From Opitutales bacterium (GTDB lineage Bacteria; Verrucomicrobiota; Verrucomicrobiia; Opitutales; Coraliomargaritaceae): 64,000 nucleotides of DNA. Made by a program: the position numbers and the translations under genes. The stretch is from contig JBMYNR010000004.1 in assembly GCA_049598495.1 (NCBI GenBank), positions 1-64,000 of the forward strand. The letters are read 5' to 3'. Positions 45,934-56,806 of this stretch are shown piece by piece (the first letter of the stretch is position 1; each line of letters begins with the position of its first letter). The notes below the pieces were generated by a model. That model had not been told where the DNA came from and did not search any database. It saw only the letters and a program-made list of their open reading frames with translations.

Positions 45934-46587
45934 GTGAGTGCGATTGAAGATTTGATTAAAACTGTGGCTGCACTTCGCGAACCGGAGACGGGCTGTCCGT
46001 GGGATATTGAGCAAGACCATCAGTCCATCGCTGAATGCCTTGTCGACGAGTGCTGTGAGCTTTTACAGACAATCGACCGCTTGGATATGGATCATATGGA
46101 GGAGGAGTTGGGTGACGTGCTTTTACAGGTAGTCATGCACGCACAGATGGCCAAGGAGGCGGGACATTTCGATTTCGAGAGTGTTTGTCGCGAGGTTAAT
46201 GAGAAATTGGTGCGCCGACATCCGCACGTATTCGCTCAGGGTAAACTTTGTGACTCGGAGGCGGTGCTTGCACAGTGGGACCAGATCAAATCTGCGGAGC
46301 GCAAGCGTGGACCGGAACAGGCCGGCAAGTTCAAGGATTTGCCCAAACAGCTGCCAGCGCTCATGTACGCGAAGGACGTCTACAAACAGATCCAGAAAAT
46401 GAAGATGGCGGCCGATGATCTAATAGATCAGAGGGCGATCGATTCTATGGAGGATGCCATCGATGAGGGTTGTCTGGGAAAGCAGCTTTTCGAAATCGCA
46501 GCGGCCTGTCGGGCCAAGGGTCTGGATCCGGAATCAGAACTACGCCGATATGTTCAGTCGATTGTCGATACTCTGGAGTCCAGGTAG
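45934..46587 (+). CDS. mazG: MazG family nucleotide pyrophosphohydrolase
   Basis: LR....GCPWD.EQ, EELGDVLLQV, KLVRRHPHVF; GTG start. Confidence 0.9.
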   Translation: MSAIEDLIKTVAALREPETGCPWDIEQDHQSIAECLVDECCELLQTIDRLDMDHMEEELGDVLLQVVMHAQMAKEAGHFDFESVCREVNEKLVRRHPHVFAQGKLCDSEAVLAQWDQIKSAERKRGPEQAGKFKDLPKQLPALMYAKDVYKQIQKMKMAADDLIDQRAIDSMEDAIDEGCLGKQLFEIAAACRAKGLDPESELRRYVQSIVDTLESR

Positions 46588-46595
46588 GCGTGGAG

Positions 46596-47315
46596 ATGGA
46601 GTTTTTGAACGATGCCGGCAAGTCGCTCCCCATTGAGCTGAGGCGACGAAAGGGAGCCAGGCATCTAAAGCTGACGCTTGGGCTCAGAAACCAGATCGTC
46701 GTCTCGGCGCCCTGGCGCACGAGCGATCGTCATGTGCTTCATTTTCTCGAGGCACAGCGGTCTTGGATCGACGCACAACTTGCCGACGCACCCGAAGTAT
46801 TCACGATTAGCGAATGGCTTCGTCTGCATCCTCGGGTTTCTGTAAGCGGGGATATCTTATCTGTCCGTGTTGAAGTCGACCCGGGTGCTCGGCATGGCTA
46901 TTCCTTCGACGAGGGCGGCTCGGTTTTGTGCTTAAAGCCGGTTGGCCGAGACGATGCATCACTGTTAAAACTGGTGCGTGAGTTTGCGAGGGATGCGCTC
47001 ATCTGCCGCACCTATTATCATGCGAAACGTGTGCGTGTCCGTATCGGTCGAATTTCGGTTCGTGATCAATCCAGTCGATGGGGTTCCTGTTCGGCATCGC
47101 GCTGCATTTCATTGAATTGGAGGTTGGTGTTACTTGAGCCCTGTTTGCAGGACTATGTCATACTGCACGAGTTGGCGCACTTGAGTGAGATGAATCACGG
47201 TCCGAGGTTTTGGTCTCTGCTTAAGAGTTACGACCCCGATCGTTTGAAGCATGAGCAGGCTTTGGATGCCGTGAGTTCTTCAATTATGCGAGTGGGGCGT
47301 CTTGAAGCGCCTTAG
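46596..47315 (+). CDS. YgjP/DUF45 family metal-dependent hydrolase
   Basis: RDQSSRWGSCS, LNWRL, YVILHELAHL.EMNHG..FW. Confidence 0.9.
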   Translation: MEFLNDAGKSLPIELRRRKGARHLKLTLGLRNQIVVSAPWRTSDRHVLHFLEAQRSWIDAQLADAPEVFTISEWLRLHPRVSVSGDILSVRVEVDPGARHGYSFDEGGSVLCLKPVGRDDASLLKLVREFARDALICRTYYHAKRVRVRIGRISVRDQSSRWGSCSASRCISLNWRLVLLEPCLQDYVILHELAHLSEMNHGPRFWSLLKSYDPDRLKHEQALDAVSSSIMRVGRLEAP

Positions 47316-47434
47316 CTCAACACATCGATCAACCTACAAAATTAAAGAATGAGCAATGAATAAGTATCATTCTTAGCCTTGCGCGATGGAGTGGGTGCTT
47401 TACCTTCAATTCAGATTTGACGATAGCGGTGGTT

Positions 47435-48256
47435 ATGAATTCCCGGGAAACACAACGTATATCATTGGGCGCACTCCTACTGGCGTCGATTTCGGGGGCT
47501 TTATCGGGGCTGGTGATTGCCTCCGTTTTAGTGATCCTTGGTGTTTCTGTTGTGGAGGCTGCCCTCTTTTCAACCTTTGGTGCGATCGGAATTGCTTACT
47601 TTGTATGGATCGAGCGGAGCCTAACAGATACGATTAAGCAAGGTGAACGAGCGCTGAGTCTTGAGACAGAGCGGCGTCTGGAATGGCAAAACCGACTTTA
47701 TTCAAGCTCGCTCGCATGTCTCGTTCGTTTCGACACGGGAACCTTGGCTATTGAGCGTGTGAGCCCCGGTTTTATCAGAATGCTCCGGTTGTCTGCGGAT
47801 ACAGATTTGAGCGGTAAGCGTCTCGATGAAGTCCTTCAAATAAGTCCACTTGTTATCGAATCGTTCGTCGATTCGATCAAAAAGGGAGAGGATTCGCCAA
47901 CGAAATCAACGGTAGAGATTCGCAGTAGCGGAGGATTGGTGGAACGTGCGCACTTAAGTGGGCTTCATTTTCCAAATGAGAATGTGATTGAGGCGGCCTT
48001 TTTCGTGCCACCGATCAATGATTTAGAGCGTGCGGCTGATCTTGAGAGCACGCGGGAGGATTTGGATCGCTTTCGGAAAGGGGTTTTTCGCAGAGAGACT
48101 CGAATTCTGGAATTAAAGGCAGAAGTCAACCAAGTCTGTCGGGAGGCGGGACTACCGATACGCTACGAGACGGATATCTCCTCAGAAAGCGGAGAGTTCG
48201 GGGCTTCTGATACGATTCGCTCAAGCAATCGTGAGGATGAGGGAGGTGTGTCGTGA
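47435..48256 (+). CDS. 2-TM membrane protein with PAS-like domain and C-terminal coiled coil
   Basis: Two hydrophobic helices; IERVSPGF.RML......LSGKRLDEVL resembles a PAS core; RETRILELKAEVN tail. Confidence 0.7.
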   Translation: MNSRETQRISLGALLLASISGALSGLVIASVLVILGVSVVEAALFSTFGAIGIAYFVWIERSLTDTIKQGERALSLETERRLEWQNRLYSSSLACLVRFDTGTLAIERVSPGFIRMLRLSADTDLSGKRLDEVLQISPLVIESFVDSIKKGEDSPTKSTVEIRSSGGLVERAHLSGLHFPNENVIEAAFFVPPINDLERAADLESTREDLDRFRKGVFRRETRILELKAEVNQVCREAGLPIRYETDISSESGEFGASDTIRSSNREDEGGVS

Positions 48257-50109
48257 TTAAGAAACGCCGGAGTATAGCCAGTGTTATTTCCGTGTATGCG
48301 GCTCTACCAGTAATTGCTGTCGTCATCTTCTTGATTGTTTCGACTGTTTCGTGGGAGCTGAATATCTATCTGGAAGAGCGGGCAAAATTGATCGAACAGT
48401 TTAATACAATGCTCGCCAATCGCAGTGAGGTAGGCGGCAAGAGCATCGAGGAGATTTCCGACATATGGAGAGAGCGCACAAATGCCCATAGGCAGGAGTT
48501 TGTTCGAGGGATTTCAATTGCCGGGGCATTTCTTATTTTAGGAATCGCTGTTCCGATCTTCGCAACGAGATACCTTGTGCGCCGTCTGGAGCGTAACTTG
48601 GAACTATTGTCTCAGCGTTTGAGTTGTGCGAGCATGGGTGATTCAGGACGGGCATTAGAAGGCTTTGATTTTGAAGAATTCGATCAACTGACGCAGGTAT
48701 TGAACCGGATTTCAATAAATCGATCTGACTCGGAGGCTCGCTGGAAGCGGGCTGAGGAGGAATTGATAGCCGCCAATTCTGATCTGTTGAAACAGGCAGG
48801 TGAGTTGAAGCAAGGGCGTCAGATCGCCTTGAGTATGATGGAGGATGCTGACAAGGCGCGCGAAGATTTGGAGGGGGCCAATGCAAGGCTGAACGAGGCG
48901 ATTGAGCAAGCGAGAGAATCTGCGCGCGCAGCGGACAGTGCAAATCGCGCTAAAAGTGATTTCGTCGCCACGATGAGTCACGAAATAAGAACACCATTAA
49001 ATGGTATTGTGGGCTTCATTCAGTTGCTCAACGAGACTTCGATGAGTGAGGAGCAGGAGGAGTTCGTTTCAACGATCCAGAGTAGTGGCGAAGCCCTGAT
49101 GGCCGTGATTAATGACATTCTTGATTTCTCTAAGGTTGAATCAGGCAGCCTGACTCTGGAGTCACTCGAGTTCTCGATCTCTTCGTTGATTCAGGAATTG
49201 AGTGCGATGTTCTATCCGCAGGCAATCACGAAGGGGCTGAGTCTGAATATTGATGTGGACGAAGCCGTCCCGCGTCAGGTTAAGGGGGATGAAGCACGCC
49301 TTCGTCAGATACTTATCAACCTAATCTCGAATGCGATCAAGTTCACCGAGAAGGGAGCCGTTTCCCTTCATGTAAGCCTGCATTCTCTATCGCCGGAAGA
49401 GGAGGTCGCAGAGGTGGAATTTGAGGTCCGAGATTCTGGGATCGGTATGTCACAGGAGCAGATGAATCAACTCTTCAAACCCTTTTCCCAAGGAGATAGT
49501 TCGACCACGCGAAGATACGGTGGCACTGGTTTGGGCTTGGCTATTTCCAAGCGTCTTGGGGAGGCGATGGGCGGTCGGGTCTGGGCGGCGAGTCGACCGC
49601 ACGAAGGTTCCAGTTTCTTCGTGCAGGTCCCCTTTAGTGTGGTCTCTGCGAAAGGCCCGGATGTTCCGATGCCGGTCGACGAGGCGTCCATCCAGGAGGC
49701 GCGTGTTGAAACAGTGCTTCCTGCGGAAAGTCTGCCCCTAAAAATCGCCATTGCAGAAGACAATAAGGCCAATCAGCGGGTGATTATGATCATGTTGCGC
49801 CGGCTTGGATGGGAATGCGTCTTCGCCGAGAATGGATACGAACTGATCCAGTTGATCAAGGATCAGGACTACGACCTAATATTTATGGATCTTCAGATGC
49901 CCGAGATGGATGGCCTTGAGACAACTCGTCGAATACGGGCCGGAGAGGCGGGAGATTCTGTTCGGCACGCAAAAATTATTGCACTCACGGCTAACGCGCT
50001 TGTCGGAGACGAGAGGAAATGCCTCGAGAACGGGATGGATACCTACCTTAGTAAGCCGATTAAATTAGATGAGCTTAGAGGGGCTATTGCAGGCCTATTC
50101 GAAGCTTAA
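48253..50109 (+). CDS. hybrid sensor histidine kinase/response regulator
   Basis: SHEIRTPLNG, NLISNAIKFT, DSGIG, GGTGLGL, REC domain (AEDN, FMDLQMP, KP). Confidence 0.95.
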   Translation: MIKKRRSIASVISVYAALPVIAVVIFLIVSTVSWELNIYLEERAKLIEQFNTMLANRSEVGGKSIEEISDIWRERTNAHRQEFVRGISIAGAFLILGIAVPIFATRYLVRRLERNLELLSQRLSCASMGDSGRALEGFDFEEFDQLTQVLNRISINRSDSEARWKRAEEELIAANSDLLKQAGELKQGRQIALSMMEDADKAREDLEGANARLNEAIEQARESARAADSANRAKSDFVATMSHEIRTPLNGIVGFIQLLNETSMSEEQEEFVSTIQSSGEALMAVINDILDFSKVESGSLTLESLEFSISSLIQELSAMFYPQAITKGLSLNIDVDEAVPRQVKGDEARLRQILINLISNAIKFTEKGAVSLHVSLHSLSPEEEVAEVEFEVRDSGIGMSQEQMNQLFKPFSQGDSSTTRRYGGTGLGLAISKRLGEAMGGRVWAASRPHEGSSFFVQVPFSVVSAKGPDVPMPVDEASIQEARVETVLPAESLPLKIAIAEDNKANQRVIMIMLRRLGWECVFAENGYELIQLIKDQDYDLIFMDLQMPEMDGLETTRRIRAGEAGDSVRHAKIIALTANALVGDERKCLENGMDTYLSKPIKLDELRGAIAGLFEA

Positions 50110-50663
50110 GTCTCCGTTTTTGGCCTAATTTCTTTGGTTGTAGGTATCGGTGTTCTCAAGCTGAGAATGGCATAGAAAATCGTCCCGATGACGATTCCGC
50201 AGTCGGCAATATTGAAGGAAGGGTAGCGTCCTGTCGGCATGACGACCGGAATGGTAAATGGAAAATGGAAGTCGAGAAAGTCGATGACATGTCCATGAAT
50301 GAGTCGGTCGATAAGATTCCCGAGGATGCCACCGATGAGAAGCCCGAATGCCCACTGCATCGATCGCCTGTGTAATTCGAGACGAATCCTAAACTTATAG
50401 ATAAGCAAGAGGGCTGCCAGCGCGATCATGGAGAGTAGGCCGCTATAGCCGGATAGCATGCCCCAGGCGGCGCCCTCGTTACCAATATGAACAATGTAGA
50501 AGAAGCCATCAATTATGGTTACGGCCTCGGGTGGGTAATAGCTGCCCAGCTTAAGATTGTGAAAGATCCATGCCTTCGTTGCCTGATCGAGCGCGAAAAC
50601 GACGATGGCAGTGATGAACAGCAATTGGTAGTGCTTGAACTTCTGAATAGTGGAAGGGGGCAT
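50106..50663 (-). CDS. lspA: lipoprotein signal peptidase II
   Basis: DQATK, NEGAAWG, GNLIDRL..GHVIDF, FNIAD. Confidence 0.95.
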   Translation of the reverse strand: MPPSTIQKFKHYQLLFITAIVVFALDQATKAWIFHNLKLGSYYPPEAVTIIDGFFYIVHIGNEGAAWGMLSGYSGLLSMIALAALLLIYKFRIRLELHRRSMQWAFGLLIGGILGNLIDRLIHGHVIDFLDFHFPFTIPVVMPTGRYPSFNIADCGIVIGTIFYAILSLRTPIPTTKEIRPKTET

Positions 50664-50709
50664 CTTGAAAAATGTGATCAGGGCTTGATTTAGAGATGTG
50701 TTGTTAGTC

Positions 50710-50994
50710 TTAGTTCCTTTCGGGCATATCCCGGTAAAAAACGCCCACCTTGCCGACACTGCCAACGTATTCGCAATTCAGCCTTGGTGGAATTTCCATG
50801 CACAGTGCTTTTACGTTACTGCGGTTGCCCTCGAAGCGAATCTTAATGAGGCCGTTCTTGAGAAGAGCGGTCTCGATCTCAGCGATAACTGTTTCGCTTA
50901 AACCTTGCTTGCCGATATGAACGTGCGGTTTCAACCGCTGCGCGATCCCGCGAAGCTCTTTTTTTTCTGCACTGCTGAGTGGTTCGTTCTCCAT
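50710..50994 (-). CDS. yhbY: YhbY/CRM RNA-binding protein
   Basis: LRGIAQRLKPHVHIGKQG, LIKIRF, GKVGVFYR. Confidence 0.9.
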   Translation of the reverse strand: MENEPLSSAEKKELRGIAQRLKPHVHIGKQGLSETVIAEIETALLKNGLIKIRFEGNRSNVKALCMEIPPRLNCEYVGSVGKVGVFYRDMPERN

Positions 50995-51133
50995 TATTTC
51001 GATGGATACTTTTCGCTGTGGCAATGTCAGTAACAATATTCGCCTTGCGTATTGCCGATTTTCATCGAGTAGCAGGGAACCGAAATAGGGGATCGGTGTT
51101 GCTATGATTCGAAGCTTCGATCAAGGTTCTTGT

Positions 51134-51916
51134 ATGCTAAAGAAGTTCACCTTGCTTATATACTGCCTCGGGTTTCTTATCTGGTTGACCGGCTGTCATA
51201 CGGTCCCGCAGACGGGGCGCTCTGCCTTCCATCTGGTATCCTCGGAACAGCTGGCTTCGATGGCTGCCGAGCAGTTTGACCAGCTCAAGCAGGAGACGCC
51301 CATCTCCCGCGACCCGACCTATAATGAAATGCTCCAGAGAGTGGGTGAGCGGATAGCTTATGTGGCTGCGCCGGATATTCCCAACGCTGCGTGGGAATTT
51401 GTCGTATTTGAGGATGATGATCAATTGAATGCCTTCGCTATGCCGGGAGGAAAAGTGGGTGTCTATACGGGTATTTTTAAAGTAGCTAAGACCGATGCGG
51501 ATCTGGCGATTGTGGTTGGGCATGAGATCGCTCACGTGGCAGCTGGGCATGGGAATGAGAGGGTCTCGCAGCAGCTCCTTGCGGCGGGGGGTGCACTTGC
51601 TCTGCAGATTGGCACCAATGATATGGATAGCGATGATCAGGCCCTGGTTATGGCGGCCTATGCTGCAGGAGCGACGGTGGGTGTCATGTTGCCCTACAGT
51701 CGTCACCATGAACGCGAGGCCGATGAGATCGGACTGATCTATGCAGCCAAAGCGGGCTATGATCCGCATGCAGCGATCGGTTTTTGGGAGCGTATGGAAG
51801 CGCGGCAAGGCGCGGCACCACCGGAATTTCTTTCGACTCATCCATCTGGCTCCACGCGGATCCAAAGACTCAACGAGCTCATGCCTAGAGCTTATCTCAT
51901 TTACCGAACACGCTAA
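51134..51916 (+). CDS. M48 family metallopeptidase lipoprotein
   Basis: Lipobox LTGC, NAFAMPGG, GHEIAH, EREAD, LSTHP. Confidence 0.92.
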   Translation: MLKKFTLLIYCLGFLIWLTGCHTVPQTGRSAFHLVSSEQLASMAAEQFDQLKQETPISRDPTYNEMLQRVGERIAYVAAPDIPNAAWEFVVFEDDDQLNAFAMPGGKVGVYTGIFKVAKTDADLAIVVGHEIAHVAAGHGNERVSQQLLAAGGALALQIGTNDMDSDDQALVMAAYAAGATVGVMLPYSRHHEREADEIGLIYAAKAGYDPHAAIGFWERMEARQGAAPPEFLSTHPSGSTRIQRLNELMPRAYLIYRTR

Positions 51917-51920
51917 ATCC

Positions 51921-53297
51921 ATGCGCAATCCCATTGAAGTCCTTAAGGATTACATTCGCTTCCCTTCCGTTTCCACGGATCCTGCCTATGCCGAGGGCAT
52001 GCGTGGTGCCCGCGAGTATGCCGCGGGTCTTCTCGAGGGACTGGGCTTTAAAGTCGAGCTTGTAGAGACTGATCTGCACCCGATTCTTCTCGCTGAGCGA
52101 CTTGGGGATCCGGACTGGCCCCATGTGGCCATCTACGGTCACTACGATGTGCAGCCTGCCGATCCGTTCGATCTCTGGACGAAGCCACCCTTCGAACCCG
52201 AGGTTCGGGATGGCCGGCTCTATGGTCGTGGGGCCGCGGATAACAAGGGGCCGACCATTGTCCATATGGCGGCACTTTCTCGTGTTTTGAAAGCGCAACC
52301 TGATTTGCCTCTCAACATCACTTACGTGATCGAAGGCGAAGAGGAAATCGGTAGCCCCAGCATGCCTAAGTTTTTCGATCAGTATGCCGAGAGGCTCTCG
52401 CGGGCAGACTTTATCCTCGTCTCAGACACTGGTAGTCCCAATACCGAGCAAATCGTGATTACAACTGCTTTGCGTGGTCTGGTCGATCTGGAGATAAAAC
52501 TACGCGGCGCAAAAGTCGACCTTCACTCGGGTATACATGGCGGGGCTGTTTATAATCCTCTGCAGGCGCTTTCGGAAATCTGTGCCTCCCTCCACAATCC
52601 TGATGGGAGTGTGAATGTGCCCGGTTTCTATGACGATGTGGTTCCGGTCTATGATTGGGAGCGTGACGAATTGAAGCGATACCCCGAGACGGCAGACAGC
52701 TATCGTGAGATGTTGGATGTCCCTGCTTTTTCTCCAGCCAACGGATTGAGTCCGCTGGAGGCGGTGCGCTTCGGGCCAACCCTTGAGTTCAACGGCATGG
52801 GTGGTGGCTACCAGGGCGAGGGTTCTAAAACCGTGATTCCGAGTGAAGCCTTTGCTAAGATTACCTGTCGCTTGGTTGCCAATCAGGATCCACTTAAGAT
52901 TCAGGACCAGGTGATCGATGCGATTGAGGCTCGCTGCCCTGAAGGGGTCCGCCTCTCGGTGCGCCGTGGGGGCCTCGCTGAGGCCTATCTGGTGGTGCCT
53001 CCGGGGCGCCCGAACACTCCTTCCGATCAAGTGGATTCCTTGGCTCGCGCCTTCAAGGCGACGGATGGCGCAATAAAGAACTGCTTCGGTCGGGCGCCGA
53101 TCTATCTTAGGGAGGGCGGCAGTATTCCCGTGATTGCTGATTTCAAGAAGCGGGCAGGCTTGGATGCCCTTATGGTGGGACTCTTTACCCCGGTGGATAA
53201 TCTTCACGCACCGGATGAGAGTTTCAGCATCGAGCTCATGGGAAATGCGATCAATGCTTTTGAGGAGATCATTAAAAGTATCGCTCTTTCTTGTTAA
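51921..53297 (+). CDS. M20 family dipeptidase
   Basis: YGHYDVQP, GRGAADNKG, EGEEEIGS, DLHSG, GGSIP, HAPDE. Confidence 0.92.
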   Translation: MRNPIEVLKDYIRFPSVSTDPAYAEGMRGAREYAAGLLEGLGFKVELVETDLHPILLAERLGDPDWPHVAIYGHYDVQPADPFDLWTKPPFEPEVRDGRLYGRGAADNKGPTIVHMAALSRVLKAQPDLPLNITYVIEGEEEIGSPSMPKFFDQYAERLSRADFILVSDTGSPNTEQIVITTALRGLVDLEIKLRGAKVDLHSGIHGGAVYNPLQALSEICASLHNPDGSVNVPGFYDDVVPVYDWERDELKRYPETADSYREMLDVPAFSPANGLSPLEAVRFGPTLEFNGMGGGYQGEGSKTVIPSEAFAKITCRLVANQDPLKIQDQVIDAIEARCPEGVRLSVRRGGLAEAYLVVPPGRPNTPSDQVDSLARAFKATDGAIKNCFGRAPIYLREGGSIPVIADFKKRAGLDALMVGLFTPVDNLHAPDESFSIELMGNAINAFEEIIKSIALSC

Positions 53298-53328
53298 CTA
53301 GAATTCGCCTGAGTCGCTTTCTCTTTTC

Positions 53329-54474
53329 ATGCTATCGACTCATTCCTCAGATATGCTCGGCGTCTACTGCCATGTCCCGTTTTGCGCATCGACCTGTGAT
53401 TTTTGTGCTTTCTATCAGGAGAAGCCGCGTCGTGGCGATTTGGAACGCTATCTTGCCGCCATGGATCGGGAGTTCGCTCAGCTCCCCGTTGATCGTAGGG
53501 TGGATACAGTTTTTTGGGGCGGTGGTACTCCGGGGCTTTTGGCTGCGAAGGACTTGGAGCGTATGGGGAGCTCTTTGCTCGAGCGCCTTTCCGCTACTCC
53601 GCGGGAATGGACCGTTGAGATGGCGCCCTCGACGGTTAAGGCGGATAAGCTTCAGGTGCTGCGTGATCTAGGCGTGACACGTATCTCCATGGGGGTACAG
53701 AGCTTTCAGCCTGAACTTCTCGAGTCGCTCGGCCGTCTTCATAATCCCAAGCAGATCTATACGGCCTGGGAGCGGGTCTGTTCGGCCGGGTTTCCGCACA
53801 CAAATCTCGATCTTATGTTCGCAATCCCAAATCAGAGTATCGAGCAGTGGGAGTCTGATATCCGGGAAGCCGCCCGTCTAGGGCCAAGCCATTTGTCCAC
53901 CTACTGCCTTACATTCGAGGAGGACACCGCACTTTATGTGAAACTCTCTCAAGGAAAGGTGTCGATTGATGAAGACAAAGAGCTTCGCTTTTATGAGCGG
54001 GGTTGGGACTTACTGGCCGAGCTTGGTTACGATCAATATGAGGTCTCGAATTTTTCGAAGGAAGGCGCGGAATGTGTCCATAATATAAATACATGGAAAA
54101 TGCATGAGTGGATCGGATGCGGGCCTTCTGCGGCCAGTCAGTTCAATGGTGCTCGCTACCAGCGGCCCGCAAATCTTGACGAGTGGTGCGAGGCAGTCGA
54201 ACGGGGAACACCCCCGCGGATGGAGGAAGTCTCCCTTAGTGACGCCTTGCTTTTTGTCGACGCGGTGGTTTTCGGCCTGCGTATGAACTGTGGCGTTGAT
54301 CTGGGCGATTTATCGATCCGGTTTCCGGAGTCTTCGAAGCGAAGTGAAGTCGAGGGGGTATTGCAACGCTACTGCTCGGAGGGGCTTCTTGAATCCTCGG
54401 GCGCGACCTATCGCCTTAATCGTCGGGGACGGTTGCTCTGCGATGCAATCGGTAGCGATTTGCTCGCGATTTAA
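53329..54474 (+). CDS. hemW: radical SAM heme chaperone (HemN-like)
   Basis: [31 protein letters not shown]. Confidence 0.88.
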   Translation: MLSTHSSDMLGVYCHVPFCASTCDFCAFYQEKPRRGDLERYLAAMDREFAQLPVDRRVDTVFWGGGTPGLLAAKDLERMGSSLLERLSATPREWTVEMAPSTVKADKLQVLRDLGVTRISMGVQSFQPELLESLGRLHNPKQIYTAWERVCSAGFPHTNLDLMFAIPNQSIEQWESDIREAARLGPSHLSTYCLTFEEDTALYVKLSQGKVSIDEDKELRFYERGWDLLAELGYDQYEVSNFSKEGAECVHNINTWKMHEWIGCGPSAASQFNGARYQRPANLDEWCEAVERGTPPRMEEVSLSDALLFVDAVVFGLRMNCGVDLGDLSIRFPESSKRSEVEGVLQRYCSEGLLESSGATYRLNRRGRLLCDAIGSDLLAI

Positions 54475-55919
54475 TCATATCGGCGGCGGAGGTTTGTGGG
54501 GAGAATGCCGAGTTCCTCGCGGTATTTTGCAACTGTGCGACGGGCTATCTTGATATCCTTTTTCTTTAGTTGGTCGACGATGTTCTGATCGCTGAACGGC
54601 TTCGTTGAGTCTTCCTCTTCGATGATATGACCAATCATATCCTTAATCGACTTATTTGAGACGGATTCGCCGTTAGCCGCCTTGTATCCTGGCGTGAAGA
54701 AATACTTGAAAGCAAAGACGCCGTGGGGCGTGCGGATATACTTGTTGGCTATGGCGCGGCTCACTGTCGTCTCATGCACACCGACGATTTCTGCTATGGT
54801 GCTCATGGTAAGCGGTCTCAGTCTCGAGACCCCGACCTCAAAGAACTCGTTTTGGATAGTGAGAATTTCACGTGTGATTCGCTCAATTGTTTGCTGGCGC
54901 TGTTCAATCGAATTAATGAGAAACTTGCCTGAACGCATGCGCTCAAGCATGAATTCCTTTTCGGTTTTCGTAAGTGTGCCTTTGGCCAGCATCTCCTTGT
55001 AGGTATTGCTGATGCGAAGCCTAGGTATGTAATCGTTGTTCAGGATGACTTGCCATTCGTCATACTCGTCTTTGTAGACTGAGACATCGGGATCAATGAC
55101 ACTATTAATGTCCGGGCTGAAGCGTTTTCCCGGAGCTGGTTCGAGAGTGGAGATTTCTTCAATGGCACTTTGAATGTCCTCTGCGCTGGCGCCGGTCTTT
55201 CGCTTTAACTCAGGTACTCGACGACGGACAAGTAGATTGAAGTGATCTCGGAGAATCCTTGATGCCAGAGAATCGCTGCGCCCACGTAGGTCGAGTTGGG
55301 TCGCCAGGCAGTCCTGCATGTTCTCGCTTCCGATACCCGGTGGATCAAAGGTTTTAAGCGTGCTGGCCGCCTTTTGAACGATGCCGTAGGGGATACGTGC
55401 TGTCAGAGCGACATTTGAGATCGTTTCCGTGAGATAGCCATTGTCGTCTAGGCTACCTATTAAATGGAGTAGGGCTTCTCGTTCCTGTTTGTCGCAGTCG
55501 CTTAGCTCGGCTTGTTCAATCAGGTGCTGTTGGAGAGAGGCGCTCTCTGTTAGCGAGTTCATGAAATGCTCGCGCCGCTCCTCGTCCTCGTGTGTGTAGG
55601 TCTGGCCACTGTTCTCCTGGGCGTATTGTTCGCGCATGTCTTCGCTCATCTTCTCGAGAGCGCTAAAGTCGTCTGCGTTGAAGTCGAGTTCCTCGTCGGA
55701 CTCTCGTTCGTTCTCATTTGGAGTCTCTTTCTGCTCCTCAACACTGATGCTCTCGATTGGCAACTCCTCCAGGAGCGGGTTTGCCTGGAGCTCCTCAAGG
55801 ATCGAAGAGCGTAGTTCCATCGCGGGCGCCTGTAGAATCTTGAGTGAATTCCGTAACTGCGGCGCCAGGACGAGCGATTGCGCTTGTTTTTGTAATTGTT
55901 GAAATCCCTGTGAACTCAT
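54471..55919 (-). CDS. rpoN: RNA polymerase sigma-54 factor
   Basis: Gln/Leu-rich region I, HETTVSRA, RpoN box [10 protein letters not shown]. Confidence 0.97.
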   Translation of the reverse strand: MSSQGFQQLQKQAQSLVLAPQLRNSLKILQAPAMELRSSILEELQANPLLEELPIESISVEEQKETPNENERESDEELDFNADDFSALEKMSEDMREQYAQENSGQTYTHEDEERREHFMNSLTESASLQQHLIEQAELSDCDKQEREALLHLIGSLDDNGYLTETISNVALTARIPYGIVQKAASTLKTFDPPGIGSENMQDCLATQLDLRGRSDSLASRILRDHFNLLVRRRVPELKRKTGASAEDIQSAIEEISTLEPAPGKRFSPDINSVIDPDVSVYKDEYDEWQVILNNDYIPRLRISNTYKEMLAKGTLTKTEKEFMLERMRSGKFLINSIEQRQQTIERITREILTIQNEFFEVGVSRLRPLTMSTIAEIVGVHETTVSRAIANKYIRTPHGVFAFKYFFTPGYKAANGESVSNKSIKDMIGHIIEEEDSTKPFSDQNIVDQLKKKDIKIARRTVAKYREELGILPTNLRRRYD

Positions 55920-55970
55920 TCCTTTGTCATGAAGTGATGACCGCCGATTTCTCGGAGTCGGTGGTATGAA

Positions 55971-56183
55971 TCAGATTAGTCGATTTCGGGCGCGGTTAAT
56001 GGACTCGCTCCTGAATTCTGCGGCGCTGGAGCCCTTATCTCGTGTTGGTTTGAGCGCAGCAGGTCTGGCAAATTCCTTCGCAGCTTTCCGCTCGAACGTG
56101 TTGAGGATCTCTGCCTCGCTACGGGCAATTCCCGCGTGAAGCTGAGCTTGCAGCTCGCTGAATCTCTGTTCTATCCAACCCAT
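55971..56183 (-). CDS. small hypothetical protein upstream of rpoN
   Basis: 70-aa ORF co-oriented with rpoN; no recognisable motif. Confidence 0.4.
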   Translation of the reverse strand: MGWIEQRFSELQAQLHAGIARSEAEILNTFERKAAKEFARPAALKPTRDKGSSAAEFRSESINRARNRLI

Positions 56184-56378
56184 TGTTAGTTAGAAAATCC
56201 ATTTTTAGCATTTTTCGCAAGCGGATTTGTTAATCTAGCACAAAAAATGCTTCATATTTAATATACTTATCATTGTGATGGTCTCATGCTCGGTTGTGGC
56301 CTCGAGAATGCGTTCGTATAGGGAGGGTAGGCGGAGGTCGGGTTGACAGATGGAGATTTGCGGTTTTTCGTCATCTCA

Positions 56379-56696
56379 ATGATAACACTGACAGACAGCG
56401 CGGTTTCTCAAATTTGCTCTCTTCAAAAGGAAAAGGCGGCCGAGGGGCAGCTCCTACGGATCTTCGTAGAAGCCGGTGGCTGTTCGGGTTTTGAATATGG
56501 AATGTCCTTCGACGGCAAGCAGGCGGGTGACCATGAGTTGGAAGATAATGGAGTGCGCTTTCTCGTGGATGAGACCAGTTTTGAGTATTTGGACGGTAGT
56601 GAGGTCCACTTTGATGACGGGTTGAACGGAAAGGGCTTCGACATCCGGAATCCGAATGCCAGCAGCACTTGTGGTTGCGGGCGGTCCTTCAATTAG
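56379..56696 (+). CDS. erpA: A-type Fe-S cluster carrier (ErpA/IscA/HesB)
   Basis: GGCSGFEY, NPNA..TCGCGRSF. Confidence 0.9.
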   Translation: MITLTDSAVSQICSLQKEKAAEGQLLRIFVEAGGCSGFEYGMSFDGKQAGDHELEDNGVRFLVDETSFEYLDGSEVHFDDGLNGKGFDIRNPNASSTCGCGRSFN

Positions 56697-56806
56697 AGCC
56701 GATTGCATAGAGCCGATTGCATTTAGGTAGAATAACTGGCTGGACGCCTTGCGCGGCTCTTGAAACGGCTCTCACCAGAAGTTCTAACTAAATGCAATCG
56801 GCTCTA
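56694..56806. mobile_element. internally deleted family D MITE-like element with a duplicated 14-bp end
   Basis: TAGAGCCGATTGCA twice (56694, 56708); TIR TAGAGCCGATTGCATTTAG at both ends. Confidence 0.8.
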
